This document shows positions 54,201 to 64,000 of a stretch of 64,000 bases of DNA, piece after piece. The notes beneath the pieces were generated by a model. The model was given only the letters and a program-made list of their open reading frames with translations, had not been told where the DNA came from and made no database searches. The position numbers were made by a program, and so were the translations under genes. The number at the start of each line of letters is the position of its first letter. Position 1 is the stretch's first letter. This DNA is from Thermoanaerobaculia bacterium. Its GTDB lineage: Bacteria > Acidobacteriota > Thermoanaerobaculia > Multivoradales > JAIOJS01. Location of the stretch: NCBI GenBank assembly GCA_036005845.1, contig DASYQD010000117.1, positions 49,581 through 113,580 on the forward strand, in the 5' to 3' direction.

Positions 54201-55979
54201 TTAGTCGGGCCTCGCTGCCAACGACGACGATGCGGCGAGGGCGCCGCCGAGCCCGCCGTCCATCGGCAGCAGGTCGAAGAGGGGCACGAACCGTTGCGCC
54301 TGCCGCCGCCAGCTCCAGCCCTCGGCGGCGGCACGCGCGGCGCGGCCCATCCGTTGACGCAACGCCGGATCGTCGCGCAGCTGCGCCAGCCGCGCCGCCA
54401 CCTCGTCGACGTCGCGGGCGACGAGGAAGCCGTTGTCGCCGTCGCGGATCAGCTCCGGCATGTTGCCGACCGCGGTGGTCACCACCGGCAGTCCGCACGC
54501 GGACGCCTCGAGGCAGGGGTTCGGCGTCCCCTCGCTGCGGCTGGCGCAGACGTAGACGTCGAGCGAGCGGTAGAACGCCGCCATCTCGATCGGCGTGCGC
54601 CACTGCTCCTCGCGCACGGCGAGGCAAAGCTCCGCTCCCACGCGCTCGGCGGCGGGCGCGATCACCTCGTGCACGCCGCGCCGCTCGGATCCCTGGTTGC
54701 CGAGGCTTCCCGCCCAGCCCACCCGCAGGCGCCGCGCCGGCGCGGCGGCAGACTCACCGGGGCTGAACAGATCGGTGTCGACGCCGTTGGGCGTGTAGAA
54801 GAGCGGCGGGCGCAGCAGCGGCGCGAGCTCGTCCTGGAGCAGCCGGTTGTTGACGAACACGCCGGCGGCCAGCTCGTTCAGGGTGGCGAGCGCCGGCGCC
54901 CGCCAGTCGCCCTCGAGCTCGTAATGGCTGCACACGCCGATGAGGACGCGGTCGCGCAGCGCGCCAAGCGTGCGGCGCAGGTGGGGGAGCCGCTGCACTT
55001 GCAGCCAGTAGTAGAAGAGCACGCCGTCGGCGCGCTCCAAGTCGTCGGCCGTGAGCTCGGCCTGGAAGCGCTTGACCAGCCGATGGCTGCCGGCGAGCGC
55101 CCGCGCCAATGCGTCGGTCTTGCGGTCGTGCGCCCAGTGCGGGCGGTCGACGACGCAGACGATGCGCGGCGGCTCGCTCTTCTTCTTCGGCCAGACGACG
55201 CAGTGCTCGGTACGCGGCGAGGAGGCGTCGAGCTCGTCGTCGCTGCGTGCGACGCGCAACTCGGCCTTAGCCGGCAGCGGCATCGTGTCGACGCGCAGCG
55301 ACGGCCGCCAGCCGTGCCAGCCCTGATCCAGCTCCCAGGCGTCGAAGCGGCGGCGCTCGTACTTCTGTCGCGCCTGCTCGCGGCTGAGGAAGAGATAGTG
55401 GCGGAGGCGGAAGGGCTCGGGGGCGACACGCTGGCCGGGGAATCCCACACGGTGGCCGCCGGTGGACGCCAGGTCGACCGGCTGGGGCTGCCGCTTCCAC
55501 GCCCGCAGCAGGTGCAGCGGTCCGGAGCTGAAGGGGTAGTACCAGAGCATCGTGCGGCGGAAGTCCGGGTGGTCGTGGTCGGGCGACTCGCGCGTCGGCA
55601 CGAAGGTCAGCTCCTCGAACTCCGCCGCGTTGTACCCCTTGGCGTCGATGGCGACGAAGGCGTCGCGCAGGGTCGCATGACCCGGAGGCGGCAGCGGGAT
55701 CTCGTCGGCATCGAGGTGCAGGAACCAGTCGGCGGCGAGCTCGCTCGCCAGCCGTTCCTTCCAGGCGAGCAGCGTTCGCCAGTGGTAGGCGCCGTCGTAC
55801 GGCCGGGTGTCGAGGCGCAGCAGGCCGCGGCCGAGCCGCTGCGAGGCGATGGCGACGGTGTCGTCGCTCGAGCCGTCGTCGAGGAGGACGGCCTCGACGC
55901 CGTGCTCGTGCAGGTGGTCGAGACAGCCACCGATGAAGCGCGCCTCGTCGTGGGCGGCGATGAGCGCGATGATCCTCAT
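54201..55979 (-). CDS. Bifunctional glycosyltransferase, GT2-like fused to GT4
   Basis: IAAHDEARFI, LDDGSSD and LHLDADE, then YTPNGVD and SRSEGTPNPCLEASACG. Confidence 0.85.
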   Translation of the reverse strand: MRIIALIAAHDEARFIGGCLDHLHEHGVEAVLLDDGSSDDTVAIASQRLGRGLLRLDTRPYDGAYHWRTLLAWKERLASELAADWFLHLDADEIPLPPPGHATLRDAFVAIDAKGYNAAEFEELTFVPTRESPDHDHPDFRRTMLWYYPFSSGPLHLLRAWKRQPQPVDLASTGGHRVGFPGQRVAPEPFRLRHYLFLSREQARQKYERRRFDAWELDQGWHGWRPSLRVDTMPLPAKAELRVARSDDELDASSPRTEHCVVWPKKKSEPPRIVCVVDRPHWAHDRKTDALARALAGSHRLVKRFQAELTADDLERADGVLFYYWLQVQRLPHLRRTLGALRDRVLIGVCSHYELEGDWRAPALATLNELAAGVFVNNRLLQDELAPLLRPPLFYTPNGVDTDLFSPGESAAAPARRLRVGWAGSLGNQGSERRGVHEVIAPAAERVGAELCLAVREEQWRTPIEMAAFYRSLDVYVCASRSEGTPNPCLEASACGLPVVTTAVGNMPELIRDGDNGFLVARDVDEVAARLAQLRDDPALRQRMGRAARAAAEGWSWRRQAQRFVPLFDLLPMDGGLGGALAASSSLAARPD

Positions 55980-56048
55980 GGCAGGCGTTCCCTTGTGCGG
56001 GACCGATGCGGCGGCGATGATAGCGGAGCCCGTCAGGAGGTCCCCCGT

Positions 56049-57185
56049 CTGAGCTCTCCCCTCATCGTCTGCGGCATGCACCGGTCCGGCACCTCGCTTG
56101 CGGCGAGCGTGCTCCACCATGCGGGTCTGCAGATCGGCAGGAAGTTGAACGGCGCCGGTCCGGGCAACCCGCGCGGCCACTTCGAGGACATCGAGATCTG
56201 GAAGCTCCACGAGGAGATGCTCGCCGCCGCCGGCCACACCGCCTTCTCGGCCGGCCACGACTTCGTACCGCGGCGCGGCGACGGCTTCGAGCGGCGCGCC
56301 GCGGCGCTGATCGCGGCGCGGGCCGGGCAGGCGGCGTGGGGATGGAAGGACCCGCGGACCTGCCTCTTCCTCGACCTCTGGGAGCCGCTCGTCCCCGAGG
56401 CGCGCTACCTCGTTCTCTATCGCCATCCGGCTGACGTCGCGCTCTCGTTGCTGCGCCGCGACACCGAGCCCGAGCTGCGCGAGGACCCGCGGCTGGCGTT
56501 CCGGTCGTGGGCGGTGCACAACCGGCGCCTCCTCGCTCTCCTCGAACGCAATCGCTCGCGCTGCTTCGTCGCCCACGCACACGCCGTCACCACCGACGTC
56601 GAGGGGCTCGTCCGTCGGCTCGCCGAACGCTTCCGCCTGCCGCTGGTGGCGGACGGCGCTGCGGCGCCTTTCGTGCCCGGCGACCTCGCCGCCCCCGGCA
56701 GCGCCGACGAACGGCGCCCGCCATGGGATCGCGTGGTGCCCGAGGCCACCGAGCTCTACGCACGCCTGCAGGGGCTCGCCGACCTGCCCGGCCCCGAAGA
56801 ACCGCCCGCACCGGTCGAGGACGACACCGGCGGCGAGCGCCAGCCGGCGGCGCTGCGCTTGAGCGAGGCGCTGCTCTTCGAGCTGATGGGCGAGCGCGTG
56901 CTGCGCCGCCAGCAGCGGGCGGCGGCGGAGGGGTTCGCCCGGGCCTTGGAGGACGAGCGGGCCCGCCTCGCGACGTTGGAGCAGGAGCTCGCGGTGGCGA
57001 AGGGGCAGGCTGCCGAGACGAGGGCCCGCGCCGCGGAGCTGGACGCTCGCTTGCGGGACGCCGCCGAGCGCCGCGACGTCCTCGCGGCCACGCTCGACGC
57101 GATCGAGCGCTCGCGCACCTTCCGCCTGGTGTCCGGCTGGTGGCGGATCGCCGGTCGGCTGCGGCCGCGCGCGTCCGCGCGCTAA
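56049..57185 (+). CDS. Sulfotransferase-family protein with C-terminal coiled coil
   Basis: IVCGMHRSGTS (5'-PSB loop), GHFED, WGWKDPR and LYRHP; heptad-rich C-terminus. Start inferred as CTG 8 nt after AGGAGG and uncertain. Confidence 0.8.
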   Translation: MSSPLIVCGMHRSGTSLAASVLHHAGLQIGRKLNGAGPGNPRGHFEDIEIWKLHEEMLAAAGHTAFSAGHDFVPRRGDGFERRAAALIAARAGQAAWGWKDPRTCLFLDLWEPLVPEARYLVLYRHPADVALSLLRRDTEPELREDPRLAFRSWAVHNRRLLALLERNRSRCFVAHAHAVTTDVEGLVRRLAERFRLPLVADGAAAPFVPGDLAAPGSADERRPPWDRVVPEATELYARLQGLADLPGPEEPPAPVEDDTGGERQPAALRLSEALLFELMGERVLRRQQRAAAEGFARALEDERARLATLEQELAVAKGQAAETRARAAELDARLRDAAERRDVLAATLDAIERSRTFRLVSGWWRIAGRLRPRASAR

Positions 57186-57577
57186 GCCGGCGGCGGGAAG
57201 ACGAACGAGTCGGGCAGCAGCTCGGCCAGCGTGCGCTCGAGCCGCTCGCCCTCGGGGTTGACGAGCAGGATGGGCACGTCGTCGACCAGCTCGCGCAGCG
57301 TCTCGCGGCACATGCCGCAGGGCGCCGACGGCGGCGAGCTCGAGGTGACGACCACCACCGCCAGCGGCTTCTTGAGGCCTCGCCCCACCGCCGCCGTCAC
57401 CGCGTTGCGCTCGGCGCAGAGCGACAGGCCGTAAGAACGATTCTCGACGTTGCAACCGGTGACGATGGAGCCGTCCTCCATCAGCAGCGCGGCGCCGACG
57501 GCGAAACGGCTGTAGGGCGCGTGCGCCCGCGCGCGCACCTCCGCCGCGGCGGCGACCAGCGCCTCCCAGTCCACCAT
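57182..57577 (-). CDS. cdd: Cytidine deaminase
   Basis: HAPYSRFAVGAAL, GCNVEN, CAERNA and PCGMCR. Confidence 0.93.
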   Translation of the reverse strand: MVDWEALVAAAAEVRARAHAPYSRFAVGAALLMEDGSIVTGCNVENRSYGLSLCAERNAVTAAVGRGLKKPLAVVVVTSSSPPSAPCGMCRETLRELVDDVPILLVNPEGERLERTLAELLPDSFVFPPPA

Positions 57578-58555
57578 CTAGAGCAGCTCTTCGATGGCGC
57601 TCCGCTCCTCGCGCAGCTCGCGTTCGGTGGCGTCCATCTTCCCGCGCGAGAAGTCGTCGACGGCAAGGCCCTGCACGATCTCCCACTCGCCGCCCTTGCA
57701 GGTGCAGGGATACGAGTAGACGACGCCGGGTGCGATGCCGTAGCTGCCGTCGGAGGGCACCGCCATGCTCACCCAGTCGCCGTCAGCGCTACCGAGCGCC
57801 CAGTCGCGGATGTGGTCGATGGCGGCCGAGCCGGCGGAGGCGGCGGAGGAGGCGCCGCGCGCCTTGATGATCGCCGCGCCGCGCTGCTGCACGGTGGGGA
57901 TGAAGGTGTCGCGGTACCAGCTCTCGTCGACCAGCTCGCGCGCCGGCTTGCCGCCGGCCGTGCAGTGCGCGATGTCGGGGTACTGCGTTGCCGAGTGGTT
58001 GCCCCAGATGGTGACCTTCTGGATCGCCGTGGTCGGCTGCCCGGTCTTTTCGGCGAGCTGTGAGAGCGCGCGGTTGTGGTCGAGCCGCGTCATCGCCGTG
58101 AACTGCTTCGGATCGCGGTCGGGCGCGTTGCTCGCCGCGATCAGGCAGTTGGTGTTGGCGGGGTTGCCGACGACGAGCACCTTGACGTCCTTGCTCGCGT
58201 GATCGTTGATCGCCTTGCCCTGCGGCCCGAAGATCTGACCGTTGGCGGAGAGCAGGTCCTTGCGCTCCATCCCCGGCCCGCGCGGGCGGGCACCGACGAG
58301 CAGGCAGTAGTCGGCGTCGCCGAAACCGGTTTTCAGGTCGGCGGTGGCCACGGTGCCGGCGAGCGTCGGGAAGGCGCAATCGTTGAGCTCCATCACCACG
58401 CCCTGGAGAGCCGGCAGCGCCGGCTCGATCTCGATCAGCTGCAGGACGACCGGCTGGTCGGCGCCGAGCATGTCGCCGGCCGCGATCCGAAAGGCGAGGG
58501 CGTAGCCGATGTTGCCGGCGGCGCCGGTGACGGCGACGCGAACGGGACGCTTCAT
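57578..58555 (-). CDS. mdh: Malate dehydrogenase (type 2)
   Basis: [43 protein letters not shown] and WGNHS. Confidence 0.96.
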   Translation of the reverse strand: MKRPVRVAVTGAAGNIGYALAFRIAAGDMLGADQPVVLQLIEIEPALPALQGVVMELNDCAFPTLAGTVATADLKTGFGDADYCLLVGARPRGPGMERKDLLSANGQIFGPQGKAINDHASKDVKVLVVGNPANTNCLIAASNAPDRDPKQFTAMTRLDHNRALSQLAEKTGQPTTAIQKVTIWGNHSATQYPDIAHCTAGGKPARELVDESWYRDTFIPTVQQRGAAIIKARGASSAASAGSAAIDHIRDWALGSADGDWVSMAVPSDGSYGIAPGVVYSYPCTCKGGEWEIVQGLAVDDFSRGKMDATERELREERSAIEELL

Positions 58556-58644
58556 GGGGTTCCTCCTCGGCGATCGCTCCTCAGCATCCTGAGGGCGCCG
58601 TAGTCTATGCTCCTGCGCGTCACGATTCGGAGGGAGGGCACCCC

Positions 58645-59901
<1,257 letters not shown>

Positions 59902-59907
<6 letters not shown>

Positions 59908-59930
59908 GGTGTGCGGGGCGCACCCTACAG
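59902..59930. repeat. Palindromic hairpin overlapping the icd stop (GTAG-type, REP-like or terminator)
   Basis: CTGTAGGGTG (59902-59911) and CACCCTACAG (59921-59930). Confidence 0.45.
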
Positions 59931-60070
59931 CGGCGGCGAACCAGAGGGGCGAGCATAGCGAGCGCCGACGTCGTGGAGCGGGTGCCCGCGGCGGGTACCC
60001 GCGGAACAACCTTCGTCAGGCTCGTTCGTAAAACTAGGAACGCTTCCCGCACTCGCGAACGTTCCTCCCG

Positions 60071-62473
60071 ATGCGCGCTCGCCAGCTCCTCTTCTGGATC
60101 GCCCTCGCCGCGGCCTCGGGGCTCGCCATCGCCTGGCTGCTGCCGCGCGCCTTCCCGCTCTTCCCACGCGGCTACGAGACGGACGCGCGTGAGGCGCGGG
60201 CGATCGCGCTCGCCCGCATCCCCGAGCTCGGGCCGGTACCGCCGCGGCCGCTGCTGTCGGTGACGTGGACCGGCGACGGCACCATCGAGCGCGCCGCGCT
60301 GCAGGGCGGCGGGGCGACGCGGCGGCGGCTTGCGGGCACGCCGCTCGAGCAGGCGCTCTACGGCTGGGTGGTGCGCGTCTTCCCGCTCGACGCCAACGCC
60401 GGCGACTGGGAGTACGAGGTCCACGTCTCGCGCCGCGGCGAGGTGACCGGCCTGATGCGCAAGCTGCCGGAGACCGCACCGGCGGGGAAGCTGACGGCGG
60501 ACCAGGCACGCCAGCGCGCCCGCGCCCAGCTCGAGGAGGCCGGCTTCGACCTCACGCAGTACGGCGAGCCCGAGGTCCGCAGCGACGAACGCTCGCGGCG
60601 CACCGATACCGTGCTGCACTTCCCGGCGCGCCAGCAGCTCCTCGGCTCGACGGTGCGGCACGGCGTCGAGGTGCGCTTCCTCGGCGACCAGCCGGGCGGC
60701 TATCGCGTGTGGGTGGAACCGGTCGACCGGCAGGCGAACGAGCGGCTGGTCAGCCCCTACTTCCTGCTCTACTTCGCCAGCGAGATCGTCAGCGTGCTGC
60801 TGCTGCTCGGGCTCGGCATCCTCTTCGTGCGCAAGTACCACGCCGGCGAGGTGGGTGTGGCCCGGGGCACGCAGATCTTCCTGCTCGTGCTTCTCGCCGG
60901 CCTCGGCTTCCTCGTCGCCTACGCCGTGCCGTCGGCCGAAGGGGTGATGATCGGCGCCACCTCGCGCCGGCTCATCACCTGGGTCCTGCTGCTCGTGCGC
61001 GTGGCATTCGGCGTCCTGCCCATCGCGGCGCTTGGCTTCCTCGCCTGGACGGTGGGCGAGTCGTGGGCGCGCGAGCGGTGGGGGAGCAAGCTGGCGGCGT
61101 TCGACGCGCTCTTCAAGGGCGAGTGGCGCAACGCCACCGTGGCGCGCAGCAGCCTGCGCGGCATCGCGCTCGGCCTGGCGCTGCTGGCGGCGCTGCTCGC
61201 CGTCGCGCTGTCGCTGCAGCGGCTCGGCGCCTGGACCCTCGGGTCGCTGCTGGTGGACCTGCAGTTCGGCTCGGGGTGGCTGGGACTCGGCCAGCTCCTG
61301 CGGCTCCTCTGTTACGAGCTGCCGACCCTGCTCATCGGCTGTCTCTTCCTCACCATGCTGGCGGCGCGCAAGCTGCCGCCGGCGCTTGCCGCGGTCGTCT
61401 CCGCCCTGGGCGCGGCGGCGCTCTCGCTGCCGCCGTTCATGCCGCTGCCGATGAGCGCCGCCGCGCCGGTGTGGCTGCTCGCCGCCGGCGTGCCGGTGCT
61501 CGTCTTCTGGGGCAGCGACCTGCTGGCGGCGGTGCTGTGCGGGCTGACCGTTGCCGGCGTGATGGCGAGCCTGCCGCTGCTCCTCGCGCACGACGCGGGG
61601 ATGCAGCTCCAGGGCGCCATCCCGCTCGTCGCGCTGGCGCTGCCGCTGCTCTTGAGCGTGCGCCACCTGCACGGCGGCCGCGAGTTCGTCTACCGCTGGG
61701 AGGACGTGCCGCCGCACGTGCGCCGCATCGCCGAGCGCGAGCGCCAGCGGGTCGAGCTCGAGACTGCGCGCGAGATCCAGAGCTCGATCCTGCCGGTGCT
61801 GCCGCCGCAGCTCCACGGCGTGCAGCTCGCGCACGCCTACCAGCCGGCCACGGAGGTCGGCGGCGACTTCTACGACGTGCTCGCGCTCGACGACGGCCGC
61901 GTCGCGCTGGCGGTGGGCGACGTCGCCGGCCACGGCGTCAGCAGCGGCTTGGTGATGTCGATGGTGCGCTCGGCGCTGGCGGTGCAGGTCACCTTCGACC
62001 CGCAGGTCGAGTCGGTCTTCCACACGCTCAACCGCATGGTCTTCCAGAGCGCGCGGCGGCGGCTGCTCACGACCTTGACGTATGCGTTGCTCGATCCGAA
62101 AGCGCACGAGCTCGTCTACGCCAGCGCCGGCCACGTCTTCCCCTACCGCATCACCCGCGACGGCCGCGTCCACGAGCTCGAGGCCGGCTCCTACCCGCTC
62201 GGCGTGCGCGTCGACAGCGAGCTGCCGGTGCGCCGCGAGCGCCTCGAGCCCGGCGACACCGTGGTGCTCCTCTCCGACGGCGTCGTCGAAGGCCACCGCG
62301 AGCATGACGAAGAGCCCTTCGGCTTCAACCGCCTCGCCGACAGCCTCGCCCGCCACGCCCAAGCCGGCCCGCAAGCCCTCGTCCGCGGCGTCCTCGCCGA
62401 CCTCGAGACCTTCACCCGCCGCGCTCCGCGCGAAGACGACGTGACGGTGCTCGCTGCGCGGCTGCCGGACTAG
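60071..62473 (+). CDS. Membrane-bound PP2C/SpoIIE (RsbU-like) Ser/Thr phosphatase
   Basis: Extracytoplasmic N-terminal domain and about 10 TMs, then ELETAREIQ, EVGGDFYD, GDVAGHG, LSDGVVE and DDVT. Confidence 0.9.
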   Translation: MRARQLLFWIALAAASGLAIAWLLPRAFPLFPRGYETDAREARAIALARIPELGPVPPRPLLSVTWTGDGTIERAALQGGGATRRRLAGTPLEQALYGWVVRVFPLDANAGDWEYEVHVSRRGEVTGLMRKLPETAPAGKLTADQARQRARAQLEEAGFDLTQYGEPEVRSDERSRRTDTVLHFPARQQLLGSTVRHGVEVRFLGDQPGGYRVWVEPVDRQANERLVSPYFLLYFASEIVSVLLLLGLGILFVRKYHAGEVGVARGTQIFLLVLLAGLGFLVAYAVPSAEGVMIGATSRRLITWVLLLVRVAFGVLPIAALGFLAWTVGESWARERWGSKLAAFDALFKGEWRNATVARSSLRGIALGLALLAALLAVALSLQRLGAWTLGSLLVDLQFGSGWLGLGQLLRLLCYELPTLLIGCLFLTMLAARKLPPALAAVVSALGAAALSLPPFMPLPMSAAAPVWLLAAGVPVLVFWGSDLLAAVLCGLTVAGVMASLPLLLAHDAGMQLQGAIPLVALALPLLLSVRHLHGGREFVYRWEDVPPHVRRIAERERQRVELETAREIQSSILPVLPPQLHGVQLAHAYQPATEVGGDFYDVLALDDGRVALAVGDVAGHGVSSGLVMSMVRSALAVQVTFDPQVESVFHTLNRMVFQSARRRLLTTLTYALLDPKAHELVYASAGHVFPYRITRDGRVHELEAGSYPLGVRVDSELPVRRERLEPGDTVVLLSDGVVEGHREHDEEPFGFNRLADSLARHAQAGPQALVRGVLADLETFTRRAPREDDVTVLAARLPD

Positions 62474-62486
62474 GCGGGACGACCGA

Positions 62487-62897
62487 TCACGGAACGTCGA
62501 TCACCAGCGGGACTCCCATCAGCCTGAGATGGAAGTCGGTCGACCAGCACACACTCGATCGCCGCGATTCCATCAGCACCAATCCGCACGCATCGACGAG
62601 AGTAAGGTCTTGATCGGAGAAGCGGCGCACGACGTCAGCCGCCGCGCGCAGCTCCTCGCTGCCGACCGCGATGACCTCGAGCGGCAACGACTCGACCATG
62701 GAGAGGAACTGCAACCCTCGATGACGGTCGAAGCGCTTGAGGAACCACGCCTGGCCTTCGGCGATGACGAGCGGGATCGTCACCAGCTTCGGCGGCGCCG
62801 AGAACAAGCGGCGGAACAGCAGGTGGTGCGAGTCGGAGCTGTCGGCGAACGCGATCAGCGCCGCGGTGTCGACGTAGGCCTCAGTCCTTCTCGCCAT
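62487..62897 (-). CDS. vapC: PIN-domain toxin, VapC family
   Basis: YVDTAALIA, VIAE, LTLVDAC and WSTDFH acidic PIN motifs. Confidence 0.85.
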   Translation of the reverse strand: MARRTEAYVDTAALIAFADSSDSHHLLFRRLFSAPPKLVTIPLVIAEGQAWFLKRFDRHRGLQFLSMVESLPLEVIAVGSEELRAAADVVRRFSDQDLTLVDACGLVLMESRRSSVCWSTDFHLRLMGVPLVIDVP

Positions 62898-63105
62898 AGA
62901 CGACGTCGTCGATGCTCTGGCTCGACAGCGGATCGCCCGACGCTACGAAGCCGGCGAACCGCATCCACGGCTTGCTCTCGTCGGCCGGGATCATCGTCCG
63001 CAGCGATCGCCTGAGCAATTCCGCGAGCGAGATGCCGAGGCGCGCCGCTTCCGTCTTCGCGGCGTCGTACTCCTTTTCGCTGAGGCTCACCTGCGTTCGC
63101 ACCAT
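62881..63105 (-). CDS. Ribbon-helix-helix antitoxin, VapB/CopG-like
   Basis: MVRTQVSL...AARLGISLAELLRRSL; overlaps the toxin start. Confidence 0.8.
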   Translation of the reverse strand: MVRTQVSLSEKEYDAAKTEAARLGISLAELLRRSLRTMIPADESKPWMRFAGFVASGDPLSSQSIDDVVYGEKD

Positions 63106-63139
63106 GGTGATAACAGGCTAGCACGAACTGTTATCACCA
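63105..63139. promoter_or_regulatory. Operator-like 12-bp perfect inverted repeat at the antitoxin start
   Basis: TGGTGATAACAG (63105-63116) and CTGTTATCACCA (63128-63139), flanking a minus-strand TAGCCT -10-like box. Confidence 0.7.
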
Positions 63140-63200
63140 AGGGCAAACGGGCGCGCTACAGCGCAGCCTTCGCGAATGACGCTCAGGTAGGCTAGCGGCG

Positions 63201-64000
63201 ATGACGGTCGAGCCGCTGCAGGTGCCCTCCGTTGCCGCGCCGCAGCGGTGGGCGAAGGTGATCGACCACACGCGCTGCATCGGCTGCCACGCCTGCTCGA
63301 CGGCGTGCAAGGCCGAGAACGAGGTGCCGCTCGGCGTGCACCGCACGTACGTCAAGTACGCCGAGGTGGGCACCTTCCCGCAGGTGAAGCGCCACTACCA
63401 GGTGACGCGCTGCAACCAGTGCGACGACGCGCCGTGCGTCGAGATCTGCCCCACCGGCGCGATGTACCGGCGGCGCGACGGCATCGTCGACTTCGACAAG
63501 TCGATCTGCATCGGCTGCAAGGCCTGCATGGCGGCCTGCCCCTACGACGCCATCTTCATCAACCCCGAGGACCACTCGGCGGAGAAGTGCAACTTCTGCG
63601 CGCACCGCATCGACGTCGGCCTCGAGCCGGCGTGCGTGACGGTGTGCCCGACGCAGGCGATCCTCGTCGGCGATTTGGACGACCCACGCTCGCCCGTGGC
63701 GCAGATCGCGCACCGCGAGCCGGTGGCGGTGCGCCGGCCGGAGAAGGGGACGCAGCCGAAGCTCTTCTACAAGGGCGCGCACCAGGCGACGCTCGATCCG
63801 CTGGCGGCGCGGCGGCCGGAGGGCGGGCTGTTCCTGTGGGGCGAGCAGGCGGAGGCGCACGACCAGGTGGTGAGCGGCCATCCGCGCGCCGCCGAGTCGC
63901 GGCGCGGCTGGGGCGCGCAGCCGGGGACGTCCTCGGCGGCGGCGCTGCTCGCCTTCGACGTGCCGCACACGATCCCGTGGGACTGGCGGGTCGGGCTGTA
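63201..64000 (+). CDS. 4Fe-4S dicluster protein, NrfC/DmsB-like, probably fused to an NrfD-like membrane domain; 3'-truncated by the window
   Basis: Read by hand (absent from the ORF track): CIGCHACSTACK, RCNQCDDAPCVEICPTGA, CIGCKACMAACPY and KCNFC...PACVTVCP. The frame stays open into PHTIPWDWRV. Confidence 0.85.
   Translation, partial: MTVEPLQVPSVAAPQRWAKVIDHTRCIGCHACSTACKAENEVPLGVHRTYVKYAEVGTFPQVKRHYQVTRCNQCDDAPCVEICPTGAMYRRRDGIVDFDKSICIGCKACMAACPYDAIFINPEDHSAEKCNFCAHRIDVGLEPACVTVCPTQAILVGDLDDPRSPVAQIAHREPVAVRRPEKGTQPKLFYKGAHQATLDPLAARRPEGGLFLWGEQAEAHDQVVSGHPRAAESRRGWGAQPGTSSAAALLAFDVPHTIPWDWRVGL

Noticed and set aside
54093-57686. Overlapping 1030-aa (+) and 1161-aa (-) ORFs suggesting long bidirectional coding
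   Set aside because: Each has real coding content only in non-overlapping parts (54201-55979 minus, 56049-57185 plus). The extensions are GC-rich stop-poor antisense frames.

Overview
High-GC bacterial chromosomal window. Assignment to Acidobacteriota (Thermoanaerobaculia-like) is an inference from the protein repertoire. About 50 real CDSs lie among many shadow ORFs, and I see no rRNA, tRNA, CRISPR array, transposase or integrase. Content falls into four groups. (i) Large secreted modular proteins: a beta-helix protein, an S8 protease, a CSLREA/beta-helix/DYDGDG-propeller protein, an S74 fibre-like protein, a PKD protein, an M12-like protease, an 8-repeat prealbumin-like protein and a BNR propeller. 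(ii) Surface-glycan genes: a DprE1/DprE2-like pair, several GT2/GT4, two GT-C-like membrane proteins, GtrA, Fdt-like amino-sugar enzymes and a sulfotransferase. (iii) Housekeeping: M32 carboxypeptidase, hutF, argE-like, a fused aconitase-family protein, moaA, mqnD, cdd, mdh, icd and an nrfC/nrfD-like gene. (iv) Regulation: ECF sigma with ZAS anti-sigma, STAS, a PP2C phosphatase and VapBC. The most interesting locus is 31872-37296. A six-repeat DYDGDG propeller is intact in two proteins but split at a gene boundary in a third case: repeat 1 is the C-terminal tail of the M12 protease, and repeats 2-6 are a separately secreted protein encoded by the next gene. In parallel, a jelly-roll-like domain appears to lack its first '[IL]FxxGFExG' strand. 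That motif occurs as the C-terminal tag of two other secreted proteins, and a related 'FENG' motif occurs twice on the extracytoplasmic tail of the adjacent anti-sigma factor. Together these suggest, as a hypothesis only, a fold-complementation docking system for secreted proteins that is coupled to ECF signalling.
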